This document shows, in pieces, positions 55,218-64,000 of a DNA stretch of 64,000 bases. The stretch's first letter is position 1. Each line of letters starts with the position of its first letter. The position numbers were made by a program, and so were the translations under genes. This DNA comes from an uncultured Candidatus Rokubacteria bacterium (GTDB lineage: Bacteria > Methylomirabilota > Methylomirabilia > Rokubacteriales > CSP1-6). A model generated the notes under the pieces. It saw nothing but the letters and a program-made list of their open reading frames with translations. It searched no databases and had not been told where the DNA came from. Location of the stretch: NCBI GenBank assembly GCA_963789955.1, contig CAWBMV010000013.1, positions 44,339 through 108,338 on the forward strand, read 5' to 3'.

Positions 55218-55284
55218 CAGGACGCCGCCCTGCCTCTCATTGGATACGCTTGAACGGGTCCTCGACCTGCGATACAGAGGAGGC

Positions 55285-55619
55285 ATGTCCTCGGCCGAGT
55301 ACGGGCAGCTCGTCGAGTTGTTGGGGCGCCAGTTCGCTGATGTCGATCGCCGGTTCGACGCGATGGATCGTCGGTTCACGCAAATGCTCACCGAGCTGCG
55401 CCACGAGATGCTGGGCCACTTCGACGCGATCTACCAGCGTTTCGAGCGACTCGAGCAGGAGTACCAGGCGATCCTCCAGGCCTGCGGCGGATCGAGGCCA
55501 GACTCGCCGACGACGCGGGCCGGCGCGAGATTCTCGAGCGTGACGTCACCGAGCTGAAGCACCGTGTCGCCGCGCTCCAGGCCCGCATCGACGAGATCGA
55601 GCAACGCCTCGGCCGCTAG
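55285..55619 (+). CDS. Small coiled-coil hypothetical protein (frameshift near 55483)
   Basis: SD GAGGAGG; VDRRFDAMDRRF...FERLEQEY...LQARIDEIEQRLGR*. Confidence 0.65.
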
Positions 55620-56573
55620 CTGTGAACGAGCATGAGGTTGTTTCCACCCGGGAACCGACTGAAGGGTGGCCGCCCATCAATTCCACTGTGCGGACGAGCC
55701 GCATTGTAGTGTTCGAGCCAGCCGGGCATCATCCGCGTGCGATCCGCGGAGGTGTAGTAGGGCCTCTTGTACGCCCATTCGCGGAGGGCAGTCTGAATGA
55801 ACCGCTCGGCCTTGCCGTTCGTCCGCGGCGTGTACGGCCGCGTCCGGCGGTGGACCACCTGCAGGCCGCGGCACGTGGCGCGGAAACTTCGGGAGAGGTA
55901 GCCCGACCCGTTGTCGGTGAGCACGCGCCGGATGCGCACGCCGCGGGCGCGAAACCAGCGCAGGGCCCGGCGCAGGAAGGCGCTCATCGTGGCCCCGCGT
56001 TCGTCGTCCAGCAGCTCCATGTAGGCCCACCCGCGAATGATCATCAATCGCGATGTGCAGAAACTCCCAGCCGATCCCGCGCGCGCGATGCTGGCGTTGC
56101 CCGGAGATGCGATGGCCGATCCCGCGAATCCGGCCCAGCTTCTTCGTGTCCAGGTGCAGCAGGTCGCCCGGCGCCGGGTGCTCATAGCGGCGGCCCATCG
56201 GCGGTGGCTCGAGGCGGAGCCGGCGCGAGAGGCCGACGCGCCGCAAGGTCCGCGCGATCGTTGCCGCGCTCACCCCGACCGCCGTCGCGATCTCCGCGCA
56301 CGTCCACCGCTGGTGGCGCAGCACCTTGGCCCCGAGCTGAATCTTCGGCTCCGTGGCCCGGGGGCTCGTGTGCGGCCGGCTCGACCGATCTTGCAGCCAG
56401 GCGCCATCCTCCACCACGGCCGCGCGGTCCTTCCGAAGAACCCACTTGCGCGCGGTCTGCCGGGACACGCCGAACGCCTGGGCCGCGACGGTGAGCGCCG
56501 TGCCCCGCGCGACCAGGGCCACCAGTTCCTGTCGACGATACGGTGTAAGTCGGGCATTCTTGTGCACGTTCAT
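55616..56573 (-). CDS. IS481-family transposase (frameshifted)
   Basis: MNVHKNARLT, DRSSRP, LHLDTKKLGRI, IDDHSR, VLTDNG, PRTNGKAERFIQT. Confidence 0.93.
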
Positions 56574-56661
56574 CCAGGCCTCCTGTCCAGGGTGAGTAAT
56601 GACTTGGCAGCCACTACTTTCCCCAGGTCGGCCTGGGTGAACAACCTCTTGCTTCGTCACA
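55621..56661 (-). mobile_element. IS481-family insertion sequence
   Basis: TGT...ACA ends with imperfect IRs (18/22); 6-bp target duplication GCTAGC at 55615-55620 and 56662-56667. Confidence 0.93.
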
Positions 56662-56695
56662 GCTAGCCCCTGCGCGCCGCGTGGTTACGCCGTGC

Positions 56696-57736
56696 TCATC
56701 GTGCCTCGCTGGCGAGGCCGGCCATCAGCTCCATCGCCTCGGGCTGCTCGGTGGTGATCGTCAATCCGGTGATGCTGCACTCGGCCCAGGCGCGGTAGCG
56801 CTCGCGAATCCGCGAGACGGGCCCAACCAGCGCCATCTCGTCGCAGAACTCGTCGGGGACAGCCGCCACCGCTTCGTCCTTCCGTTTGGCCAGGAAGAGT
56901 TCCTGGATCTTCTGGGCGGCGTCCCCGAAGCCGCGACGGATCATCATCTCCTTGTGGAAGTTCTTGTCGCGATGGCCCATGCCGCCGACGTAGAGCGCCA
57001 CCCGCGGCTTCATGCGCGCCAGCGCGCCGCGCACGTCGTCAGTGATCGACACCTCCGCCCGCGGCTGGATCTCGAAATCGGTGAAGCCCTTGCCGCCGCC
57101 GGCACGCCGGAAGCCTTCCTCGAGCCAGGGGCGCAGCATCGGCATCAGCCGCGGCACGAAGCCGAGCGGCAGCCACCCATCGGCGATCTCGGCCGTCAGC
57201 TTCACGTTTGCCTCGGTGCCGGTGCCGAGCCAGATCGGCAGCCGCGGGTTCATGTGCAGGATCGACGTGAGCGGCTTGCCGACACCGAGCGCGCCCGGCC
57301 CGGTGTACGGCAGCGAGATCTCGCGCCCGGCGTGGGCGACGGGATCCTTGCGCTCGAAGACTTTCCGCATGATCGTGACGTAGTCACGGATGCGCCAGTA
57401 CGGCTTGCCCCACGGCTGGCCGTACCAGCCTTCGACGATCTGCGGGCCCGAGACGCCGAGCCCGGCGATGACGCGGCCACCGCCCGCAAGCGCGTCCACG
57501 GTGCCCGCGGCCATTGCCGCGGACGCGGGCGTGCGTGCCGCAAGCTGCATGATGCCGGTCCCCAGGCGAATGCGCTTCGTCAGCGCGGCCAGGTACGCGA
57601 GCGGCGTGATCGCGTCCGAGCCGTACGCCTCCGCCGTCCAGACCGAGTCAAAGCCCAGGCGCTCTGCGAGCAAGACCTTCTCGACCGGCAGGCGTAGCTC
57701 CGCACCCGAGTAGCCGATGCTCAGCCCGAGCTTCAT
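56696..57736 (-). CDS. LLM-class F420-dependent oxidoreductase
   Basis: GFDSVWTAEAYGSDA, LGTGIMQ..ARTP, GLGVSGPQIVEGWYG, EIADGW. Confidence 0.92.
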   Translation of the reverse strand: MKLGLSIGYSGAELRLPVEKVLLAERLGFDSVWTAEAYGSDAITPLAYLAALTKRIRLGTGIMQLAARTPASAAMAAGTVDALAGGGRVIAGLGVSGPQIVEGWYGQPWGKPYWRIRDYVTIMRKVFERKDPVAHAGREISLPYTGPGALGVGKPLTSILHMNPRLPIWLGTGTEANVKLTAEIADGWLPLGFVPRLMPMLRPWLEEGFRRAGGGKGFTDFEIQPRAEVSITDDVRGALARMKPRVALYVGGMGHRDKNFHKEMMIRRGFGDAAQKIQELFLAKRKDEAVAAVPDEFCDEMALVGPVSRIRERYRAWAECSITGLTITTEQPEAMELMAGLASEAR

Positions 57737-57828
57737 GCCACGCTCCTCCTGGCGATGCGTTGTTCCATCAGCACGCCGTCGTCGACGTTGAAACTCTCGC
57801 CCTGCTCGAAGCTGGCGGCTTCATCGAC
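57733..57828 (-). pseudogene. Possible C-terminal relic of an SDR gene
   Basis: Reads VDEAASFEQGESFNVDDGVLM..., like the SDR terminal S.EAS..TG...VDGG motif; its stop overlaps the LLM start (ATGA). Confidence 0.4.
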
Positions 57829-57908
57829 TGGTGGTTTCCGTAGCGGAAGAATAGACATTGTCGGTGCCGTTGACCTTGGTGGTTGCGACTGTGGGTGTCG
57901 CGGCCGGT

Positions 57909-57975
57909 AGCATGGCCGGGGTCGACGCCGAGGTCAAGGCCCTCGCTTGCTCACGACAGGGCCTTCGTGTAGTGG
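57909..57975. promoter_or_regulatory. Divergent sigma70-like promoters with an 8-bp inverted repeat
   Basis: Minus TTGACC-17-CATGCT; plus TTGCTC-17-TAGTGG; AAGGCCCT-14-AGGGCCTT at 57936-57965. Confidence 0.45.
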
Positions 57976-57984
57976 TGTTTCACC

Positions 57985-58943
57985 ATGGACTACCACATCG
58001 TTCTCGGGACCGCCGGCTGGGGTGTGTGGCATAGCCCGGATGCGGGCAAGTCGTGGCTGCGTCATCGAAAGCCGTTCCCGCTGAACAGCCGGATCCAGGC
58101 GCTGGCGGTGGTGCCGGGCGAGCCGCGCGGGGTCCTGGCCGCCGGCGACACCGGTGTCTTCCGGAGCCGCGACGGCGGGGCGTCGTGGGCCCGAGTCGGG
58201 GCCGCCGGCGACTTGCCGACGGTCTGGTCGCTGGCCGTCGATCCGGGCGATCCACAGACGATCTTCGCCGGCACGCGGCCGGCGGCCCTCTACCGCTCGC
58301 GCGATGGCGGGGCCACCTGGAAGCGGCTCGACGTCGACGTCGCGACCGAGTGCTCGATCGGAACGCCGTTCGTGACGCGCGTGCTCGTCGATCCGGCCGA
58401 CCGCACGGTGTGGGCCGGCGTCGAGATCGACGGCGTCTTCCGGAGCCGCGACGGCGGCGACACGTGGACCAAGGTCGTCAACGGCCTCCTCGACCTCGAC
58501 GTGCACGACATGGCGCTCGCCGCGTCCAGCCCTCCGCGCGTCTACGTGAGCACGAACGGCGAGGTGTTCTGGAGCGACGATCGCGGCGAGGCGTGGACGC
58601 CGATCGGCGTGAAGGCGCGGTGGCCCCTGCCCTATGCCCGCGGCATCGCGGTGAAGGCCGACGATCCGCGCGTCGTGTTCGCCGGGTGCGGCCAGACGAC
58701 GACCGGCGAGACCGGCGAAGTACTCCGCTCAGCGACGGCGGGCAGAGCTGGCGAAGCCTGCCCCTGCCCTCGCGTCCGAACGCGACGATGTGGGGCCTCG
58801 CCACCCATTCAGCCGACGGCGCTCGGATCATCGCGTTCAGCCTGTTCGGGGAGGTCTACGTGAGCGAGGACGCCGGCGAGAGCTGGCGCAAGATCGTGCG
58901 CGAGTTCGGCGAGGTTCGCGCCGCCGCCTGGCTTCCGGCGTGA
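57985..58943 (+). CDS. BNR/Asp-box beta-propeller protein (frameshift near 58735)
   Basis: Repeated S.D.G..W Asp-boxes (SPDAGKSW, SRDGGASW, SRDGGATW, SRDGGDTW, SDDRGEAW, SEDAGESW). Confidence 0.85.
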
Positions 58944-60164
58944 CGGGCGGGGAGGGCGGGCTTCGCCGCGGGCGTCCTCGGGACGCTCGCGCTCCTGTGG
59001 CTCGCGTGGACAGCCTCGGCGGCCGACGCGCCGACCCTGCGCGAGGGCCAGCACGAGGGCGCCGACTTCGTCATCAGCATCCCCGCGCAGTGGAACGGCG
59101 GCCTCGTGATGTTCGCGCACGGCTACCAGGGTGAAGGTCCGGGGCACGGCGATGTGCACACTTCCCCGCTCGGGATGCAGCTTTCCGCGCGTGGCTACGC
59201 GTGGGCCGCGTCGGGCTATCGCAGTCACGGCTATCGGCCCGACTGGTACGTGGCCGACACGCTCGCCCTGCGCGAGCGCGTCATCAAGGAACTCGGCCGG
59301 CCGCGCTGGACGATCATTCACGGCCAGTCGATGGGCGGCCACGTCGCGATCGCATCGCTCGAGCTGCACCCCGAGATTTATCAGGGAGCTTTGATCGAGT
59401 GCGGCGTCATCGACGGCGTCGGGCTCGTGGATTGGCTCCGGGCGTACACCGCCGCCGCCCAGTACTTCTCCGGCCTGCCGCTCTTCGACACGCCGCGTCC
59501 GGCGTTCAACGCACTCGTCGGCGGCACCTGGCTCACCCTCATGGGACAGCCAGGCGACTACACCGAGCGCGGCCGACGGTTCGACAGCGTCGTGAAGCAC
59601 CTCTCCGGCGGCGACGTGCCCCTGCGCCTGGAGGGCATGAAGCTCCGCTACACGCTGAACCTCAACCCGCGCGATCCGGGGCCGGCACGCGCCCGGGAGT
59701 TCTCCCGCCACGCCGACACGCGGGGCATCGTCTACGACATCGATCCGGGGCTCGGGCTCGACGCGGCGACGCTCAATCGCGAGATTCCCCGCATCGCGCC
59801 GGCGCCCGGCGCGCGCTCGCGCGATGCGAGCCCGGTGTTCGCGGAGCTCACCGGCAAGATCCGCGTTCCGCTGATGAGCATCCACGAGACCGCCGACTTC
59901 CGCGTTCCGTTCCGTCTCGAACAGAGCTACCGCCGCCGCGCCCAGGCCGCGGGCACCGAGCATCTCCTGGTGCAGCGCGCGGTGCGCTGGGCCGGCCACT
60001 GCAGCTTCGATGGCGTCGTGCGGGAGCAAGCCTTCGACGACCTCGTCGCCTGGATGGAGCGCGGCGTCGTTCCCTCGGGCGACGACGTGCTCGGCGACGT
60101 GACGAAGCTCGGGCTTCGCTGGACCAAGACGTTTCACCCGAACGACCCGGCGCGCCGGCCATGA
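58940..60164 (+). CDS. Secreted alpha/beta hydrolase (start region frameshifted)
   Basis: Signal-like LLWLAWTASAA; P.QWNGGLVMFAHGY; GQSMGG; GHC. Confidence 0.75.
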
Positions 60165-60217
60165 GCCGTGCCCGGCTTCGTCCGGGCGCTTCTCCACACG
60201 TCCCACAGGAGGGCATC

Positions 60218-61333
60218 ATGCGCGGAGCACATCGTCTCGCGGTGCGGGTCGGGATGGCTATGGTCACGGCACTGGTCGCGGGGGCGTTGATGGCTACGCC
60301 GAGCGGCGCCGCCACCTTCGTCTACGTCGGCAACGCCGAGAGCAACGAAGTCTACGTGCTCCAGCTCAACCCGCAGAACGGCGATCTCACGGTGATCGAG
60401 AAGACCCCGATTCCGGGGATCGAGAAGCCCGGGGATCTCGACGCCGATGGCGCTGAGCCCCGATCACCGCATCCTCTACGTCGGCACGCGCGGCGAGCCG
60501 AAGATCGCGGCGGGCTTCGCCATCGATCCGTCGACCGGCACGCTCAAGTTCGTTGCGGCCGGTCCGCTCGCCGACAGCCTGGCGTACATCTCGACCGATC
60601 GCACAGGCCGCTTTCTCCTGGGCGCGTCTACCGGGCCACCGGGTGACGGTGAATCCAATCGGCGCGCCGGGGAAGTGGCAGCCGCCGCAGCAGGTGCTCG
60701 AGAACTATCCCGACGCGCACTCGATCCTCGCGGACGCGGCCAATCGCTTCGTGCTGGTGCCGACTCTCGGCAACGACCCGGATCAATCAATTCGCGTTCG
60801 ACGCGGCGACCGGCAAGCTGACGCCGACCAGCTCGCCGGCGGCCGAGGCGCGGCCGAAGGCCGGCCCGCGTCACTTCGTTTACCATCCCGGCGGCAAGCT
60901 CGTGTACGTCATCGGCGAGCTCGACGGCAACGTTTACGTCTTCGACTACAACGCGGCCTCCGGCGACCTCACGCAGAAGCAGATCGTCAGCGCGCTGCCG
61001 GCCCACTTCCAGGGCAAGCCGTCCGCCGCCGATCTGCACATCACGCCCAACGGCAAGTTCCTCTACGGCTCCGAGCGCACGTCGAGTACGCTCGCCGGCT
61101 TCCAGATCGATCCGGCGAAGGGGACCTTGACCCCGATCGGCAGCGTACCGACCGAGAAGCAGCCGCGCGGATTCGGCATCGATCCTTCCGGCCGCTATCT
61201 GCTCGCCGTCGGTCAGCTCTCCCACGGCCTGTCGAGCTACTCGATCGATCAGTCGAGCGGCCAGCTCACCAAGCTGAAGGAATATCCGATGGGCAAGAAC
61301 CCGAACTGGGTGGAGATCATCGACCTTCCGTGA
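60218..61333 (+). CDS. Lactonase of the 6-phosphogluconolactonase (Pgl/YbhE) beta-propeller family with signal peptide (frameshifted)
   Basis: FVYVGN, AHSI..D, GPRHF, AADLHITPNGKFLYGSER, QPRGF, GKNPNWV. Confidence 0.85.
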
Positions 61334-62120
61334 GCGCGCCGATGGGATCGCTCGGCGCGTTGAGAGCCAGGATCGCGCAGGGCCGCGCGACCCTCGGCTA
61401 TCTCGTCACCACGCGCCAGAGCCCGCAGATCGTCCAGGCCCTCGCGCGTACGGGCGTCGACTGGCTGATGATCGACACGGAGCACGCGCCCATCGGCATG
61501 GCGTCGGTGGCCACCCTGGTCGCGGCCACCGGCGGCACCCCGGTGACGCCGATCGTGCGGGTGCCGGCGGCGCGTCCCGAGCTGGTCAAGCCGGTGCTCG
61601 ATTGCGGCGCGCTCGGTATCGTGTTCCCGCAGATCGCGACGCGCCAGGAGGCCGAGGCCACGGTGCAGGCCGTCCGCTACGCGCCCGCGGGCCAGCGCGG
61701 GTACGGCCCCACCTACGCGGCCCTCCGCTGGGGGCTGCCGAACCTCGAGTACTTGAAGGCCGCCAACGATGCGGTACTGAACGTCGTGTTGATCGAGTCG
61801 CAGGCCGGCGTCGATGCGCTGGACGACATCCTGACGGTCCGCGGGCTGGACGTGGTCGCGGTCGCGCGCGGTGATCTTTCGCAGAGCCTCGGCGTGGCCG
61901 GGCAGTTCGATCATCCCCACCTGGTCGAGGTCGTCGCGAAAGCCGAGGCGAAGATCCAAGCGCACGGCCAGGTCGCGCTCGGCGGCATCGCGTTCTCGCC
62001 CGACGACGCGCGCGCGATGATCGCCCGCGGCTACCGCTTCATCGTGCTGGGAAGCGACGCCGGCCTGATCTCCGGCGCGGCGCAACGTACCGTGCAGGCG
62101 ATCAAAGGAGACGGACATGC
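61330..62120 (+). CDS. HpcH/HpaI aldolase family protein (3' end uncertain)
   Basis: DWLMIDTEH, VLDCGALGIVFP, P.GQRG, LIES, DLSQSLG. Confidence 0.88.
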
Positions 62121-63189
62121 AGTTCGGGTTGTTCATGATGCCCCTTCATCCGCCCTACCGCTCGTTTGCCGATGCCTACGACCGGGACGTCGACCAGATC
62201 GTCCTGGCCGACCGGCTGGGCTTCCGGGAGGCCTGGGTCGGCGAGCATCTCACCGAGCGCTGGGAGATCGCTCCGGCACCCGACCTGCTCCTGGCCAAGG
62301 CCCTGGCCCTCACCACCAACGTGATGCTGGGCACGGGGGTAACGCTCCTGGCCCTTCACAATCCCGTGTATCTGGCCCATCGGGTGGCCATGCTCGACCA
62401 CATGGCGCGCGGCCGGTTCCAGTGGGGGATCGGTGGGGGCGGCATCCCCACCGATCTCGCGCTGCTCGGCCTCGATCCCGGCGACCGTGCGGGCCCGCTC
62501 GGCCGAGGTGCTCGACGTGGTGCTGAAGCTCTGGGCCTCGGAGGGCCCGTTCAGCCATCACGGGAAAGTTCTTCGACATCGAGACACCCCCGTTCGATCC
62601 CGTGAAGGATCGCGGGTACTACATGAAGCCCTATCAGAAGCCGCACCCGCCGATCGCGGTGGCCGCGAGCACTCCGGCCTCCGACTCCATGCGCATGGCG
62701 GGGGCCAGGGGCTTCATCCCATGTCGAGCTCGCTCCTGTCCCGGCGATATCTTCGCGACCACTGGGCGCTGGTCGAGGGCGGCGCCGCCGGGCCGGCCGG
62801 CAGGTCGACAAGAGTCAGTGGCGGGTGGCCCGCGACATCCTGATCGCGCCCACGTCCGCGGCGGCCCGGGAGCGCGCCCGCGTCGTGATGGGGCGAAACT
62901 ACGTCGAGCACCAGCGCCCCAACCGCCTGGGCACCATCCAGATGACGTCCACCAAGCTCGATCCCTCGCTGCCCGACGAGGCCGTCACCGTCGACTACCT
63001 CATGGAGAACGTCTGGATCGTGGGTGATCCGGCTGAATGCGTGGAGAAGATCCACCAGCTCTACGAGGAGAGCGGGCGGGTTCGGGACGCTCCTGTCGAT
63101 CACCACCGACTCCGACGACGCGGGCTGGGACCACGAGAGCCTGCGCCTCCTGATGGAGCAGGTGGCACGCGTCGCCCACCTGGGGCTAA
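62117..63189 (+). CDS. LLM-class flavin-dependent monooxygenase (multiple frameshifts)
   Basis: FGLFMMPLHPP, GFREAWVGEH, LDHMARGRF, PYQKPHPPIAVA, IVGDP. Confidence 0.85.
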
Positions 63190-63210
63190 TCGCGCCGATC
63201 GAGACCAGCC

Positions 63211-63593
63211 ATGGCCTACCGCTACGACCACATGCATCTGCGCACGCGCAACGTGAAGAAGACCGCCGATGCTTCTGTAGCACGTATCGGCGCCAAGATC
63301 CTCGAGTCGATCCAGTCGGACGGCAAGCCGCGCACCGATCTCGATCTGGACGGGCTGACGATCTTCATCGCGCCGGTCGCGCCCGAGGCCGCGATCCGTC
63401 CGCGCCGACCAAGCCCTACATCGGCCTCGATCACTTCGGGCTTCGCGTCGACAACATGGAGACGGCCGTCGCCGAGCTCAAGCGCCGCGGGGCCACCTTC
63501 AAGATGGAGCCGCGCACGATCCGGTCCGGCGTGAAGATCGCCTTCATCGAGGCGCCCGACAACGTGCGGATCGAGCTGCTCGAGCGCACCTAG
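63211..63593 (+). CDS. VOC/glyoxalase-family protein (frameshifted)
   Basis: YDHMHL, GLDHFGLRVD, AFIEAPDNVRIELLE. Confidence 0.85.
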
Positions 63594-63604
63594 CCCGGCC
63601 CGTC

Positions 63605-64000
63605 ATGATCTACATGGTCGAAATGGCTCTGCTCGACACCGCGCGGCGCACCGAATGGGAGGCGTGGTACGCCGCGCACCAGCACCGGCTGCTGGACAAT
63701 TCCCGGCATCCACGCGAGCCAACGCTTCGAGTGCATCCACCCGGCCGCTGCTCCCTTCGTCGCGCTGCATGAGGTCGATGGACCGCAGGGTCTTCACCTC
63801 CGACGCCTATCGCGATCAGGTCGGCCCTGCGAACACCGGAGAATGGCAGACGAAGATGGGCAACTGTCACCGCAACGTGTTCCGCGGCCTCGACCACACG
63901 CCCGATGTGCCGGATGAACGCGCGCCTCGTCGTGGTCGAGGCCGACGGCGGCTCGACGCTGCCCGGAGGCGTGCGAGTCGAGTGGATGACGGCCGTGGGA
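63605..64000 (+). CDS. Hypothetical EthD/dimeric alpha-beta-barrel-like protein (frameshifted, 3'-truncated)
   Basis: MIYMVE...EWEAWY..H...LL.IPGI.ASQRF...FVALHEVD...FTSDAY. Confidence 0.55.

Noticed and set aside
53760..56661. Composite transposon carrying the coiled-coil gene
   Set aside because: The two IS belong to different families and each has its own target duplication, so they are independent insertions.
1..64000. Mass pseudogenisation or programmed frameshifting suggested by many broken genes
   Set aside because: Breaks are scattered single-base indels without accumulated in-frame stops, and motifs stay intact on both sides; this is typical of unpolished long-read consensus. Read mapping would settle it.
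1..64000. CRISPR arrays, tRNA/rRNA genes, prophage or integrase
   Set aside because: No regularly spaced short repeats, cloverleaf-like segments or phage hallmark proteins were recognised; intergenic gaps are mostly too short. A covariance-model scan was not possible.

Overview
High-GC, gene-dense bacterial window. The diderm-type outer-membrane barrel, many LLM/ABC/amidohydrolase catabolic genes, Uma2 relics and a poly-GAF kinase resemble Candidatus Rokubacteria/Methylomirabilota, but that assignment is inference only. About half of the genes are broken by single-base indels, most likely uncorrected long-read errors, so many ORF-track entries are fragments, false fusions or antisense shadows; genes below were re-joined by eye and some ends are approximate. 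Content: a Mo-hydroxylase large subunit (5'-truncated), a secreted CxxCH beta-propeller protein, an SNF2-SWIM pair, a stand-alone 5'-3' exonuclease and an SbcD-like nuclease next to a barbiturase-like enzyme, two peptide-type ABC clusters, a catabolic operon with an orphan YqeC, an amidase with an AtzG/GatC-like tail, a TfdA-like dioxygenase, and one IS30 and one IS481 element with recognisable ends. The most striking locus is a ~9 kb signalling operon: a ~2,300-aa hybrid kinase with 10 tandem GAF domains in a strict A/B alternation, a single-domain receiver, and an ATPase-less HisKA-receiver-class III cyclase. Many genes appear leaderless. No rRNA, tRNA or CRISPR array was recognised.
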